A stretch of DNA of 64,000 nucleotides from the human T2T-CHM13v2.0 reference genome, Homo sapiens. The DNA is taken from the NCBI RefSeq assembly GCF_009914755.1, contig NC_060926.1, one strand, 5' to 3'. Within the stretch, counting starts at the first letter, position 1, and the number at the start of each line of letters is the position of its first letter. The position numbers and the translations under genes are program-made. Of the stretch, positions 42,244-55,850 are shown one piece after another. The notes under the pieces are model-generated. The model was not told the origin of the DNA, searched no databases, and worked only from the letters and a program-made list of their open reading frames with translations.

Positions 42244-42885
42244 TGTTCCTGGTGGAGGGGGTCCAGGTTTTTGGCCTTTTGAGCAAAGAATTGAACAAAA
42301 TGCACAAACAAAGCAAGGAAAGAATGAAGCAACAAAAGCAGAGATTTATTGAAAACAAAAGTACACTCCACAGGGTGGGAGCAGCCGGAGCATAGGGGCT
42401 CAAGAACCCAGTAACAGAATTTTCTGGGGTTTAAATATCCTCTAGAGGTTTCCCATTGGCCATTTGGTGTACACCCCATGCAAATGAAGTCATGGCCCCC
42501 AGTCAGTCTGATTTGTTGCAGAAAGCAACCAATCCAAGGTGGAAGTGAGGTTACAAAGGTTACACTTCTATGCAAATGAAGATTTGGCCTACGGTCAGTC
42601 TGATTGGTTGTGGAAAGCAACCAATCAAAGGCTGAAGCAAAGTTACAAAGTTACACTCCTATGCAAATGTCTGATTGATTGGTTGCAGAAAGCAACCAGG
42701 TGGAGGCACTTTCAGTTTTCCATCTGCCTTGCAGAAAAGGCAGGGAGGGGGTTGCAAAGGGAGCAGCCTCAGGTCCTTTTGTTACTTAGGTGTGGAAAGT
42801 TGGGGTTTTCGTTCGATTTAGTTCTAGGAAGTCAGCGTGAATCGGCCTTAGGTTCCCTGCCCCCATACTCTGTTCTACTACCTCA
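42244..42885 (-). mobile_element. Complete solo LTR, MER51-like (ERV1)
   Basis: TG...CA termini, 4-bp TSD ctat (42240-42243, 42886-42889), minus-strand AATAAA near 42345, triple 91-92-bp internal repeat with ATGCAAAT and CCAAT. Confidence 0.85.
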
Positions 42886-43095
42886 CTATAGATTCTGATC
42901 CTTTTAAATAATAGCGCCAGTTCATTCATTAGAAACAGTGGTTGGACCTGGGAATGGACTGGTGAGTCATGTCCTCTCCTATGGAAGTTTCCTGAGATGG
43001 GGGCTGGTTTTCTTCGGAGAATCACAGTTTATCTTCTAATTAGTTGAGTGCCCTTTGTTTTCCTTTACTGTCCTTGCACCAAAAAAAGAAAAAAA

Positions 43096-43355
43096 TCTCG
43101 AAAATATTGCCAACATTTATTGAAGAGACTTTTTTCTTCTTTTCTTGCTTGAGATATTTTACGTTTGAAGACAATCAACTCTTCATCTCACCTGCTGGTC
43201 CATTCAGCCAACTTTTTTTCCCCCTCTAAGATTTTTAACAAAAATAAAACAGGACCAAGAGATAGCAATTACTACTACTATTATGACTACGATGAACAAA
43301 AGTTAAATTTCTTAATCTCAGATTGTTTTACTGCCTTGCAATTAAATATCCAGAT
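43096..43355 (-). other. Candidate terminal exon of antisense transcript
   Basis: Minus strand acceptor ttttctcctag|ATCTGG; AATAAA at 43116-43121; U-rich element at 43081-43095. Confidence 0.4.
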
Positions 43356-46199
43356 CTAGGAGAAAACTATTTGTAGAAGTCTTGAAAATTCAACTCATAA
43401 ATAAATGCCCTTATTCTTGATATTATAGACATTTCTTCTGTAAAGTATGGCACATCTATAAACTAAAAATGCACATCTGGAAAATCCGTAAGGCAGAAAT
43501 TCCAGCCTCCCCTATCCACAGCCATCAGAGGAGTCCCTCACACACCTGTCGCCAGCCCAGGGCTGGGAAGATAGAGGTGCTGCTGCAGAGGGAGTTCCAT
43601 GACTCACCCCTGCTTCCAGTTTTTAAAAAGGGCTGAGTCTGTCGGGTTGAGTACTTCCCTTCCATCACGGCAGGCAGTCACTTTTCCCAAGTCAGCGTGG
43701 ACTTGGGCAAGACCAGTAGGCTAATGGGAAAATAAGATTCCAAACCTTTAAGTGTAGTAGCCTAAAAATTGCTGATAGGAAAGCGATCAAGGACTGAAAA
43801 CTGTCGCATTTAAAATGGAAATGAAGCCAGGGCTCTGAAGTAGAGCTGGGCCTAAATGCAGTGATTAAAATAGTCGTTAGGCTGCTCGCAATTACCCTAG
43901 ATGCAGCAGGCTGCCTGCATCTTTATGGCGGTACTTTGATTCCAATCAGAGATTTCACATGAACTTATTTTGGTCTTTTCAATGACGTCTCAGAGTAGAA
44001 AACAGATGCAGTCCTAAAGTAATTACTAACCTTTTTATCTTGTGAAAGAGAATTCAGATGAGCGAGATCTCTGCGGTGGGTTGATCTGAGTGATTGGCGC
44101 CTGCATTCACTCGCCCATTCATTCACCTCCTGTGCTTGTCACCAGGCTACAAAAACGAAGCCACCACCCCTCTCTGGTGCCAAAATGTCAGTTTGGGGAA
44201 AGCTGGAGCTCCCTTCTGAGAGCCAAATTTATTTTTTTTTATGGAAGAGATTCCCCTGTAAATTCTGGGAAAGTTTGAGAGAAAGCTCCAGGAGTAGTGA
44301 CAAAGCAAAAGGACTGGGTGAACAGAAGGGGCATCGGAGATTGTCCTGTCTGCCTGCAGCCAGCTGGGGAACAGAGAAGGTGAGTGGGGACAGAGCCCAC
44401 AGGTCCTGCAGGTGTCCAGGAACCAACCAGTGATGAGCAGTAACCAATTTGGGATTCCTGTCCCAGACTGTAGCACACTCTTTGGCACAGGATTTTGTCA
44501 TGGGGTGTGTCACCCTCAACGAAAGGAGGTTTGCATCGGTATAGCCTGTGTTTGGTGCCCTGATGACTGAAAGAATTCCTGTGAGATCATTTTGTGCCAG
44601 CCAAAAGTGAGTTGTATTAGCGGAAGCATAAAAAGCTGTCCTCTTAAATCATAGGTGTAATGACGTCCTTTCCAGGACGAGTTACCATAGAAAGCTTTTT
44701 AAACAACATTTATTTTCCTACCTTCTGAACCTATTTCTTAAAGACAAAAAAGAAAAATAAATGTACTTTGCTCTGTTATTGTCAGCCTAGATTTCTCTGT
44801 CTGCCAGGAGATAAAGCCTTAATAATTCACGGCCACTGAGAAGTGTCATAGTCCTTCCTCCCACCCCGCCCCGAGTTAAGTGTTAACCCCAGTACATACC
44901 TGGTCACGCTCTAATTTAGTAATGATGATACTTTGCTGTTATAAATTTTCTCTGGGGACTTGCGGGGATGGAAGAGCCTTTACTTTGTCTTAAATTCTAT
45001 GTACGTGTAATTAATCAAAACATTGATTAATACCCCTGGAAGTATTTCAAAGATAGAAAAACATTGGAAACACATTTTAGGAATTTCTGATATAAGTTTT
45101 CAAGGAGGTTGTGCAGAATTGGTAAAGAGAATTGAGTATGAAGATGGCCTGTTGATTCCTTTTAAGCGTTTAAGTTTTTCCGTGCCTGGGATTGCCTTAT
45201 GTGCAACCGCCAGCTTCTGTCGTTTGAAGGTTTTCCTAAGATATTTTCCTAGTTTAATAGGAAGTGTGGACATGGGACATTGTACGGCTTAGGAGACTGC
45301 GTTGTGTTTGGTTTTGAATATATATTAGATGCGTGACCCTCCCTCTTAAGAACTGATTTTGCTTTGAGAAGATCTACAAGGGCCAAAAGTGGACCTGTTT
45401 CAAAATTCTGGTCACAGTGTCTAGGATGTGGTGAATTCTCCATCAGTGTGGCTTAATGAATGAGAGTGACAAGGGAGGAGGGTGGGGCTCCAAGGCCTCG
45501 CAGGGGTGGTCAGGACTGGTGTTGCCTCCTCCCTCAGCCTCTCTCCCCCTACCTACTGCCCATTCGGAAGTCCAGGCCTCCTCCTCAGTCACTGAGACTG
45601 CTTTGTCAGCCTCCTGCTTCTGTATCCAGGCAGATGACCCCACACTGAATCTTTGCTGTGCTGGCCTCTGCTCTTGCCTGTGACAGAGCTCAGATAGGAT
45701 TCTTTCCTGTTCGAAAGCCTTTGATGCCTCCCTAGCACCTACCATAGTGGTTTCCAAACTTGTTTTTGGCTGTGAACCCCTCTTGTCGAGGGTCTCCTAA
45801 GTTGAAGGCCAGTGTGTAAGGCAGTGGGCAGTGCAGGGCGCCAGTATTTCCGCCCTCTGAATGTGGCACCACCTGTTCCAGTGGGCGTCACTCGCTCATG
45901 AGCAGCTATTCCCAGAGAGCCTCCTGTGTTGCAGGTGCTATGCCCTGCAGGGAGCGGAGGGCCCTCCCCCTTCCCCTTGCACACCTTGTACTCCAGGCAC
46001 TGCAAGCTCGCACCCTTTCCTTAGCCTCAAAGCCTTGCTCTGAGCGAAAACCTGCCCGTCCCTCAGGCATCGGCACCAACTCGGAGCCCCTTTTCCAAAA
46101 TCTCGAGGCTCTCCTAGCCCTTTCTTGGCTGCAACCTCTCTGGCTTTTCCGCCAAACTGGAATCAGCCTCGGAGCAGGAAAAGCTGGGGCCGTGCTCAC

Positions 46200-46284
46200 C
46201 TTTGCTTCCCTTTGCTGAGTACATGGTGAGTTCCCAGCACGTTTTATCATGTGAGCGTCTGCTCTTGAGAGGCCAGGCTGGATC
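46200..46284 (-). other. Candidate internal exon (85 nt) of antisense transcript
   Basis: Minus strand tctaatacttcctcgtttctctgcag|GATCC...GCAAAG|gtgagc: branch point, pyrimidine tract, consensus donor. Confidence 0.5.
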
Positions 46285-46320
46285 CTGCAGAGAAACGAGG
46301 AAGTATTAGACAGAAGTGAT

Positions 46321-46669
<349 letters not shown>

Positions 46670-48194
46670 TTACAGGTGTGAAGCGCCCGTGTGGGGCTGA
46701 TTCCCACCTGCCTCCTCGTTATCAGCAGGCAGCCTTGCGTCTGCCTCTGGGAGCAGAAACCGTTGTTTCACCAGCAAATTACGCTGGCTGTACTCGCCAT
46801 GTCCTGTTGCCATAGAGGACGAGTCACAGCTGTCTCACCTGCACCCCTCCAATCGCCTTCTCAGAATCCGACGCTGGTCCTAAGTGCCTTCAGCTGTCAC
46901 CTGAGCACGTTCAAGCCTCCTGCCCAGCACCTTCCTAGAGCACCGCCATTGGCATAAGGACTAGGTAGGCAGATGTCCTGATAAAGGTGCACGCTCAAGT
47001 GTTTGAGACGTTAACGAATGATGGCTGTGATGTAATTGACTCAGTTGACACATACAGAGATAGAACAAATATGGCAAAGGACTTGTATTTATTGGATATT
47101 AGTGGGTTTATGGGGTTTATCTGTTGTATGTTACATTTTCTGTACCTTTGAAATGTTTGTAGTGGTTGGAAGGAGGGGACTTCCTTGGCCCCTCCTGGCT
47201 CTGCCCTGAGCCCGCTGCCCTCACCCTCTGCCTCAGACCTGGGCGATCTCATATCTGTGTGTTTCACCGAGGCACTCACATTTCTGGCCACTGAGACCCT
47301 TTCTCTGAGCTTGAGACTTAAATATCAGCTGTGTCCTTGACATCACACCTGGGCCCCAGCTGGGTGGCCCCTCTGTCCCTGGCTCAGGTTAGACCCCTGG
47401 GCCACTCTGACTCCCCTCCCTTCCTCCCTGTGGCTGCTTGAGCACCAGGTTGTATTGGTTCATGTACCTTGTACGACCCTTGCCATCAGAGCCCTGGCCC
47501 CAGCCACCATCGCCCCGCCTGGGTTTCCTTCTGCACTTTCCACTTTGGGTATCCACCCATTTCCCCCAGTTCTTTGACCAGTGCAGCCAGCAGGGAATTT
47601 TATTTCACGTCTAATCAGACAGCATCTCTTTAGTGTCTTTCTCAGACCACCACTGTGCTGTGGGTCCTGAGAGCCAGAAGGTTCTTCGAGGTTCTTAAGA
47701 GTCCCTGTCCTCATGCTTCCTGCTCCGTGCTCTTCCTCCTGCCCCAGGCCCCTCACTCACTCGCTCCTTATCTGTGAGCATAGAGCTCCAGCTTCTGGCT
47801 TCCCAGGGAGTGTTTCTTCCCCCTCTCCTCCCTAGTTCAGTTCTGAGGTCGGAATTCCCGGCTACCATGTGGCTCCCCTGACTGGAGACGCAGTGCCAGG
47901 GTCCTCATCTGGGAAACTGGTGATGATAGAGGCCCTGCCAGTGCTTGGAGCAGGGCCCCACACAAGGTAGGACTCAGCATGGCCTGGAGATGACGGTGGC
48001 CTCTGATGGCTGTGTTCTTGGTCTAGACTGTAAACCCCATGGGATCAGGAACAACCACATCTAGACCCTCATATTAGGGATGCCAGCCCGGGCACCACAT
48101 CTTTGTCACCTGCATCTCTGTGGCCTCTCCAGCCCCGTGGCAGTCCTCACTGCAGGAGGCTGGCACCCTCTCTGTGCCTCACATGGATCAACTG

Positions 48195-48345
48195 ACTTCC
48201 CTCACCAACCCCAAGAAGCATATCCTGTGTGTATGTTTTACAGATAAGGAAACTGAGCCACAAAAGGGCCAGGTAACTTGGTAAAGATCATGCAGGTCAT
48301 AAATTGCCTCACTGAGCTGGGAACCCAGGCAGTCAGCTTCGGCGC
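48195..48345 (-). mobile_element. MIR SINE
   Basis: ttttacagataaggaaactgag...taacttg...gaacccaggcagtc. Confidence 0.75.
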
Positions 48346-48838
48346 TCCCCACCCCTGTTAGGCAACCTATGAACATTTACCAAGAACACAGACTCATCTG
48401 CAAGGAAGCCTCAGTAACTTGATGAGGAGCAGCTAGAAGACTCGAGGGAGAAAAATCCTTGTAGACACATCAGTGGATTCAGGTGACTTGTGTTATTTTT
48501 AAAATACAGCCTCGCCAAGATACAATTCACACAGTCTCCAACCTAACGATTTAGCTCTGCTTTTAAGACTGTGTTGGGTTTGACTTTTTTTGAGGGGCCT
48601 CGGCCACTCTTGGGTTGTTTGTAATCTAAAAATAATTGGGGATGAATATTGGTTACATTTCATCCCGTAGGACCTTAGTCTGTCTGGTCACCACTTACCC
48701 CTCCAGGCTCTTCGAATGCCATATTTGGCTATGAGAATTTGTCAGAGCTCAGCTCAGCACTCAGAACCCGCTGGCTCTCCGGGTTCTGCCCTTCAGCTCT
48801 GCGAGTCCAGAGCCCAAGCTGCTCCTTGGAAAAGCGGA

Positions 48839-48856
48839 GGCCACTAGATGGCAGTA
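48839..48856 (+). promoter_or_regulatory. CTCF core motif
   Basis: GGCCACTAGATGGCAGTA, full match to CCASYAGRKGGCRS. Confidence 0.7.
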
Positions 48857-51800
48857 CCGCCCTGGCTAGAGGTGCCCTTGGGGCTGAGGCTCAGACATCC
48901 CTGCCCCTGGTTTCCTTCAGGTGAGATCATCAGTAACCTACAGGCTTTGCAGACTGAAGGTGAAAACCAGTTAATGTGCTACATCCATTTTAATTTGAAA
49001 GATACAATGAATTAAATTAGGCATAAAGTGAATGTGATAGGAAACTGGAAGCTCATGGCTGAAGCCTGGACCGCTGTCAGAACTGTGCAGCCTAAAGCCG
49101 GGACCCCTGGTAGCTGCTTTGTAAAGGGCAGCAGCAGCAAAATCCTCACCACTCGTGCTTGGAATGTACGCTGCAAAGTTTGTACTTAACAGCAAATGGC
49201 ATAAATAGCCTCTATTCCATTAAAGAATTGGACTGCACAATCTCCTTAGAGAAAATTTGATGAAGCGGTTCATGCAAGACCTGGAGTGATGGTATCACCA
49301 CGTTAGCCTAAAAGAGTGTTTGAAATAGGAGGTGACATTCCTGGGGGGGGCTGCCCCTCCCACCTCCACCCCTACCTCCTGTTTTCACCATTTCTTGATA
49401 CAGTGGTGCCTAATTTTATTTCAAGAAGAAGATAGTTTGTTGCTTTTTTTCTTTTTTTACAGCTTTAAAAAATAAGTTGAGGAATTTAGGTTTAAGAAAA
49501 TTAATAGCTACAGGTAACTGCAAAAGATATCATTGGCAGATGCAGCAAAATATATATATATGTATTTCCACAGAAAATTGGATTCTGCCCATAAAACTTA
49601 GTAATACTAATAAAGACAGGTCATTACCAGTTTTAAGCCAAGTAAGCAAACTCAAAGAGATCTTCTGTCAGTGTGATTCTTGGTGGTTTTTTATTTTTTT
49701 GGAGAAGTGTAAATCAGCTTTAGTGCAGCAAGCACACCACAGATTTGCTGAAATCATTCCTGCCCCTTCTGACGGTGGGTAGAGTTGCTCGGCCAAGTAA
49801 TTTACAGTGCTGTGGCAAGGTATGTTTATATTTAAGCTGTGCAACGGTGTAGCTAATGAGAAAGATAAGAAATTTATAGTCCTTGGTGATTGATAGGATT
49901 ACTGCCTAGGCATTAATTGAAATCTGAGGGATCACAGCTGTGGGTTTAAGTTGGGGGAAAAATTACTTCAAGTAAAGGAAAACTTTTAGATTTGCTTCTG
50001 AACATTTTGAAGATAGTTCTCCCGCTGACAGTCTGGTTGGTGGTAGAAACAGTTGATCCTGGCCGAGGCTGGGGTAATTATACTGAGATAATGATGGTAT
50101 CTGCTGTGTAGCCTCTTCAAGGTAGGTGGTTTATAAGTGTGGGAAAAAAAATTAAATACTGTGGGGTTTTTAAATGGCTTTAAAATTTTACATGTATAAG
50201 AATAAAATTCTCTGCAGCCACTCTTTGCTAAATATTCTCTGGACAATTATTTAAGACATTTTAAAAAAAGAAACCCAAACTAATAATGACAGAGGCAAAC
50301 CTGTGATATTAGTCATTGCCTTAAAATTTCCACTGATTATATTTAATCTGGGTATGTCTAAAGTAATCTTACAGACCTTTCCCTACCTGTCATTTTTTAA
50401 ATGTACCATTCTTGTTGAAGCTCAGTCTTGTGAAAATGTCTAAATTTTCCCATTAAGTGCTTAAAAAGTAATAAAACTAAAGTCATTAGACTTCACTCAT
50501 CAGAGCTATATTGGGAGAAATATTCTTTGGTGCAATAAATCTGTCCAGGGGTTCGACATTCATATCCCTTGGATTCATTCCCTGGAAATGGACGTTTGAA
50601 GGTAAATTGCTTAAGTAGGGCAGTTTAAATTTTTAATACAATCTTATTGTAACTGTTATCACATGATTAAAGTGCAAAGGGGCCTTAGATGTTTTGTAAG
50701 ATTTATAATAAATGCTCTATGATGCCTTTTCTGTGCTGAATTATGGATGTTATGACAGTTAAATGCTTATAAAGGCCAGAAAGGCACAAATGAAGAGTTG
50801 GGTCTTTATTGGAGACTAAATCACACTTATTGAATGCAGACAGTTTTTCACTGGACACGTGTTCATTCCTAGATTCACAGTCTCGGAGGCACCTAGAAGC
50901 CTTCGTAAGCCAAACAGTATCCAGTGCCTCTCTTTTCTAATGCAGTGGGCTCTGGAAGGGTAAGGCCTGAGCCAATGGAAGCTGTTTTGAAAAATACCCA
51001 AATAGCAAATTATTGTTCCCATCACCAGTTGGCTTTTTTGGGGGGAGGAGGGACTTTTTTTTTTATGTAAATAATCTCATCAGAGGCCTGATTCTCTAAT
51101 GGATGCCGCTAGTGTATACGGAGTTTCCGCATTCCTTTTGTAGAATCAAGGAAGCTTGAAGCTACGTCTTCATGCATCATGGGAGCTGTGATGCCCTTTA
51201 ACTTTCTAGACCCAGTGACACAATGTGGTTCCTTTCATGTTCACTGTTTGGCCATAGTTGATTGGAATTGTTGTTTTAAGGCCTAGTTTAACTGGACAGC
51301 AGGACTAACTCTTCATTTCAGAAGGAAGGCCTGCAGCCCAGGAGATGGAGCTGGGCAGGTGCCCTCCTCACGAGAGGCTACAGGCCAGACGCAGGGCACC
51401 AAGAGCATGGCATTTGATTCAAAGCCATGGTTGAGTGGATTTTCAATCTATTTGAAGGATAACTTTGGCTACTATATAGTATTTACACTCCTGCCCATTT
51501 TTTTTTTTGTATTTTTTCCATCAAAAGAGAAATCTGTTTTGAAAACAGAGGTAATGTCTTTACCATCTTTCTCATGTATATTATTTTTTGGAGGAAGGAA
51601 ATAGCCAGTTTTCTATACTTTGACAATGTCACCATTTGCCATCTAAAATTTCACAAGCTGTAATTTGCCTTTTACTTACATATCTCATCCACAGATGTAT
51701 TTGAGTGTCCACAGTGAAATGGTTGCATTACTTTCAGATTACTTCCTTTAATTCTTTAGATGGGTGCTAATGGTTTGGGTTATTAACTGGCACAGATCTG

Positions 51801-52259
51801 AGTTCTTTTTGTCTATGCTTGTTGTTTTTTTCCCCCTTCAAAATGAATTTGCAAAAGCATCACTAGAAAAGCTTATGTGTAAACATTTATGCTAGTAATA
51901 GATAAAAGGTGCTGTGTAGCAGTACCAGTGGGAGAACGCTGAAGCCCAGAAGGAAAGTCTACCTTCTTTGGAATAACTGAATAGGAGTCCCAGTCACCTA
52001 TTCCCACTTTCTCTTTAACTATCACCCTTGGATGGTATTGAGGAAACCGTATTGCATGCCTAATTTTCACAGCGTTCAGTATTAAGGTAAACCTACTGAT
52101 TGTGTTTAAGTTGAAGTATACCTTTTCCAAGTAGCTGTGTAACTGGCAGTGACAGAATAGGTGTTGTATGGGAGGCAGCATTTTCAGCTGTAAGTGCAAT
52201 AAATTGTGGTTTGTTTATTTTAGTTTTTAACCTTTTAGACTACTTTGTGATCGGCAGGA

Positions 52260-52263
<4 letters not shown>

Positions 52264-52297
<34 letters not shown>
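52264..52297. repeat. (GT)17 microsatellite
   Basis: Pure GT run. Confidence 0.96.
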
Positions 52298-52299
<2 letters not shown>

Positions 52300-52557
52300 G
52301 TTGCAGAGTGAGGATCTGGTCAGTGATTGACACTTGTTTTCAAAGTGTTCACCATGAATTTTTTTTCTTAAATACCATTTTTCTCAGTGAGCTTTGAACC
52401 ATGATGTCACCAAAGACAAAGTGTTTCTCAGGCTTTTCTTAGTGAAAGATACTTTCCTAAGGTAGTTTATAGCAAGATTTGGGGATTAAAAAAAAGAGTT
52501 GAATTTATGGCCTGAAGAGTCATTATAACCTTTTACCTATAGCTAACATTTACATAC

Positions 52558-52630
52558 CTCAGGTCAAATAAATTTAGATGTATGCTTAATGTTCTAAAAG
52601 CTCTTTGTTCCTTGCTCATCCTTGGCCGGA
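52558..52630 (-). other. Candidate first/upstream exon of antisense transcript (5' end undefined)
   Basis: Minus strand aggATGAGC at 52619, open frame to donor CTGAG|gtatgt at 52558. Confidence 0.35.
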
Positions 52631-52839
52631 CCAGAGAAGTTATTGATAATCAGGTGTTGCTTTCTTTGTGGTAGGACATCACCATGTTCTCATAGAGTCC
52701 TGTTAGGAAGCAGAGGACGGACTGCTGTGTGTCACTGTGGAGAGAAAAAGACCTTGTGACGTCCCTGTCATCACAGGATTCTAGTATCTTGTTATGCCAG
52801 AGATGTGGTTTGAAAACTTGTTTTTATGGACGTACCCAC

Positions 52840-53370
52840 AAAACATTATGCTCTGTGGAAAGAGGCACGCACAGAAAAGAATGATTCCATTTATATGAAG
52901 TTCTACAACGGGCAAACTGATTGGTGATGAAAGAAATCGGAAGAATGGTTGCCAGGAAGTGAGAAGGAGGGATTGGTTGGGGTTGGGGGTGGCCCAGAGG
53001 AACTCCTCAGGGGGATATTTTCATCGTGGCTTGGGTTACACGGCATCTGTCAACATTCATGGACCGGTACAACTAAGATGTTTTGCATTTCACAGTATGT
53101 ACATTTAATCTCAAAAAAAGAACCTAATAGTTAATCACGTGCATGTTGAAATGTGTGGGAGTGAACTGATGCCTGCACCGTAGTTGAATTGCATCAGAAA
53201 ATGAAATGGACGGACGGACGGACGGATGGACGGACGGATGGATGGGTGGATAGATATATAATAAAGCAAGTATGTAGCAACATGTTACAATTATAAAATG
53301 TAGCCGGAGTGGAAGGAGGTGTTCGCTTTCAAATTTTTTTTGTATGCTTAAAAAATGTGTTAATAAAATA
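52840..53370 (+). mobile_element. Old L1 (L1MC/L1ME-like) 3' UTR fragments with (GGAC)n(GGAT)n microsatellite at 53208-53250
   Basis: aaacattatgct...tgattccatttatatgaagttcta...ggcaaact...tggttgcc typical of L1M 3' ends. Confidence 0.7.
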
Positions 53371-54399
53371 TAGGGGGAAATCAAAAAAATTGTTACTACA
53401 TTAAAAATGTCATTGTAGGTCTCGTACATTAAGATGGGTCCAGATAAACCTAATTTAATGTGATGTGCTTTCTCACAAGTAGAAGTGTACAGTATAATGA
53501 GGAGCCACAATTTTTACAAAAATGAATCCTGCCAGAATTAAAAGGCATACATGATTCTTTGAAGAATTTCACTAATGCATAGAAACTGCGGTAACAGAAA
53601 AGAATACTTTGACTTCCTCACTATTCCTAAATCACAGCAGATTACAGATTCAAAATCAATCAGTATTCTCTGCTGAACTCTAATTAACACTTAACATTAT
53701 TAGTCACAAATGTGAAATCTTGATCGGAGATGGCCTCAGGTATTCTAAATGTAAATAAAATTAGGTTTAGATCCCTTTTAATTACCTGAGGTGCTGTGAG
53801 CGATTACAATGGCAATTGATAAACTTAATTTCTTATTAAAGCAAAAAAAAAAAAAAAAAAACCATGAAAAGTTTCTCTCTGCTATATACTTAACTCTTCA
53901 GTAGCCATGGCCTATGCAAAAAAAATTTACCTGGTTTATATGTTAATCATATAGAATTTAGATCGTTTTAAAAATGTTTATGTGGACCCTCAAATTCATC
54001 ATGCATCTCCTAAGTTTGTGGGTAATGTTACTATAACATCACAAAGGGCAAAACTTCCCCAGAGGAACTTCACGTATCAGAAAAGGTAGGTTTCTGGGAG
54101 GTAATGCTGGTTAAGTAATAATAATGGATGGGTGCTGGGGAGAGTATTACAATGACTTAATGCACAAAGCCCTGTTGAAGACCAAGTGGAAATCTGTTTT
54201 GTCATCTCATCCTTCTTCCTAATTGCATCACAATACATTGTATAATTCAACCTGTGTGTCACTGTCACTTCTTCCCGTGCACAGGGCCACCGCTGCTGGC
54301 TCATTATTAACAGAGCAGGGAGGAGACGAATAATTCTCTCAGGTTCCAACCAAGACATCTTCTCTCCCCCACTTTAAGAAGAAAATGTCTTTTTTATGT

Positions 54400-54514
54400 A
54401 GATTGTTGTAAGGATAATTATTTCTGGAAATAGGAAAACAGCTTCAGTTGTGGTAGATACATCCATTTTTCTTAAAAGTGAGAAGCTATCCGAAGGAGAG
54501 TGTGCCTGTGAGAA
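54400..54514 (+). repeat. Copy 1 of about 113-bp dispersed direct repeat
   Basis: Aligns to 55851-55961, about 85% identity by eye. Confidence 0.9.
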
Positions 54515-54781
54515 ATGGAAAGATTACAGAAGTTTCTAAACTCCTTCTTCTGTTGGTGTTCATATCTAAAAATAGGAAGCAAATTAGACCTGATAAGTTG
54601 TTAAGCCTATATTAATCAAACTGTGTTAATTTTTTAAAAAGAAAACCAATTATTGCACTTAACTGGATCTGTCTCAAGGTTCCTGATTTCAAAATCGACT
54701 TTTGGCCTTTACGTCTTACATTTTCCCTTCTTTAGAACTCTTGCGTCTCCTGTTCCTCATTTATCTTGATCTTCTCATCTT

Positions 54782-54943
54782 TTTTTCTTTATAATTTTGT
54801 GTAGTTTCTTACCTGGAATAATTTAGCATAATCTATTTTTCTTTAAAATTTTGTATAGTTTCTTTAGCTGGAATAATTTAGCATAATCCATTTTTCTTTA
54901 AAATTTTGTGTAGTTTCTTTAGCTGGAATAATTTGGCATAATC
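54782..54943. repeat. 55-bp AT-rich tandem repeat, 3 copies
   Basis: tttttctttaaaattttgtrtagtttctttagctggaataatttrgcataatc at about 54782, 54836, 54891. Confidence 0.95.
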
Positions 54944-55850
54944 AGTCTGGCACGCTATCATGTTGTTGGTGGTACCTTTTTCTCTTTGTATGTTTTAAAA
55001 TCCTTTGCCAGTCACTTTTTCTGTATTCTGTCTTCATAGTTTATCGTATTCCTTTGATACCACCATGTTTATCTGCACTTATCTTAGGTCTTTCTTTCAT
55101 TCCACTGACAAATTGTGTTAGTTTACTTTGTAACCCCAAATTTGGGCCTTTTAAAAAAAACGTGGATGGAAGAGGGAAGTCCCGTAGCTTTGCCTGGCGT
55201 GGAAGAGTGTTGAGGAGCCTCACGTGCAGATTGAAGAATTGCCGGGTGAGCCTTCACCTTCAGGGGATGGCAGAAACATTTCTGCTCCAGGATCATCAAC
55301 TTTCTCTGCGAGACAGCTTGATGAGTTGAGAAGAAGTGACAGGTTCATCTTTCCCTTCTTTGTTTAAGTCATTTATCTTTGAGATCCTTGCCTGCCATCT
55401 AAATTGTATTGCCAATTTACTGGGATATTCACTTGCCTCGTCTTGGAAGACGCTGATTTGCATCCAGCTTGAGAATAAGTGAGAGAGAAAGTTAATCATC
55501 TCCTGGCCTTTTGAACAGATTTGTACTGTGTTTAATTGTAGCATTTGAAATGTTACATATTTTCTAATGAGAGTCTATATTCAACTCTTGTGTTAACCTG
55601 TATCATGAGGAGAATAGCACAGTGACCTAGTCTAGAAAGCTCTGCTCTTCGGAAGATCTTTAATTTATGCTTTTTGCATATCTTTCTCCATTTCAGATTA
55701 ATCTAAGCTATGTTAGCTGCTTTTAAATTCTGCCTACTTGTTTTTGATGATGATTTATTCAATTAAGTGGAATAATTAATAATGAATTATAGTTGGGCAT
55801 GGAGGGAAATGGTACACTCAGCTCTCTAAGAGATTCTGAAATTTTTATCG

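Noticed and set aside
44900-45035. Possible extra minus-strand exon (acceptor 45035, donor CAG|gtatgt at 44900)
   Set aside because: Plausible sites but no independent support; would stop the antisense ORF at once, so left out of the model
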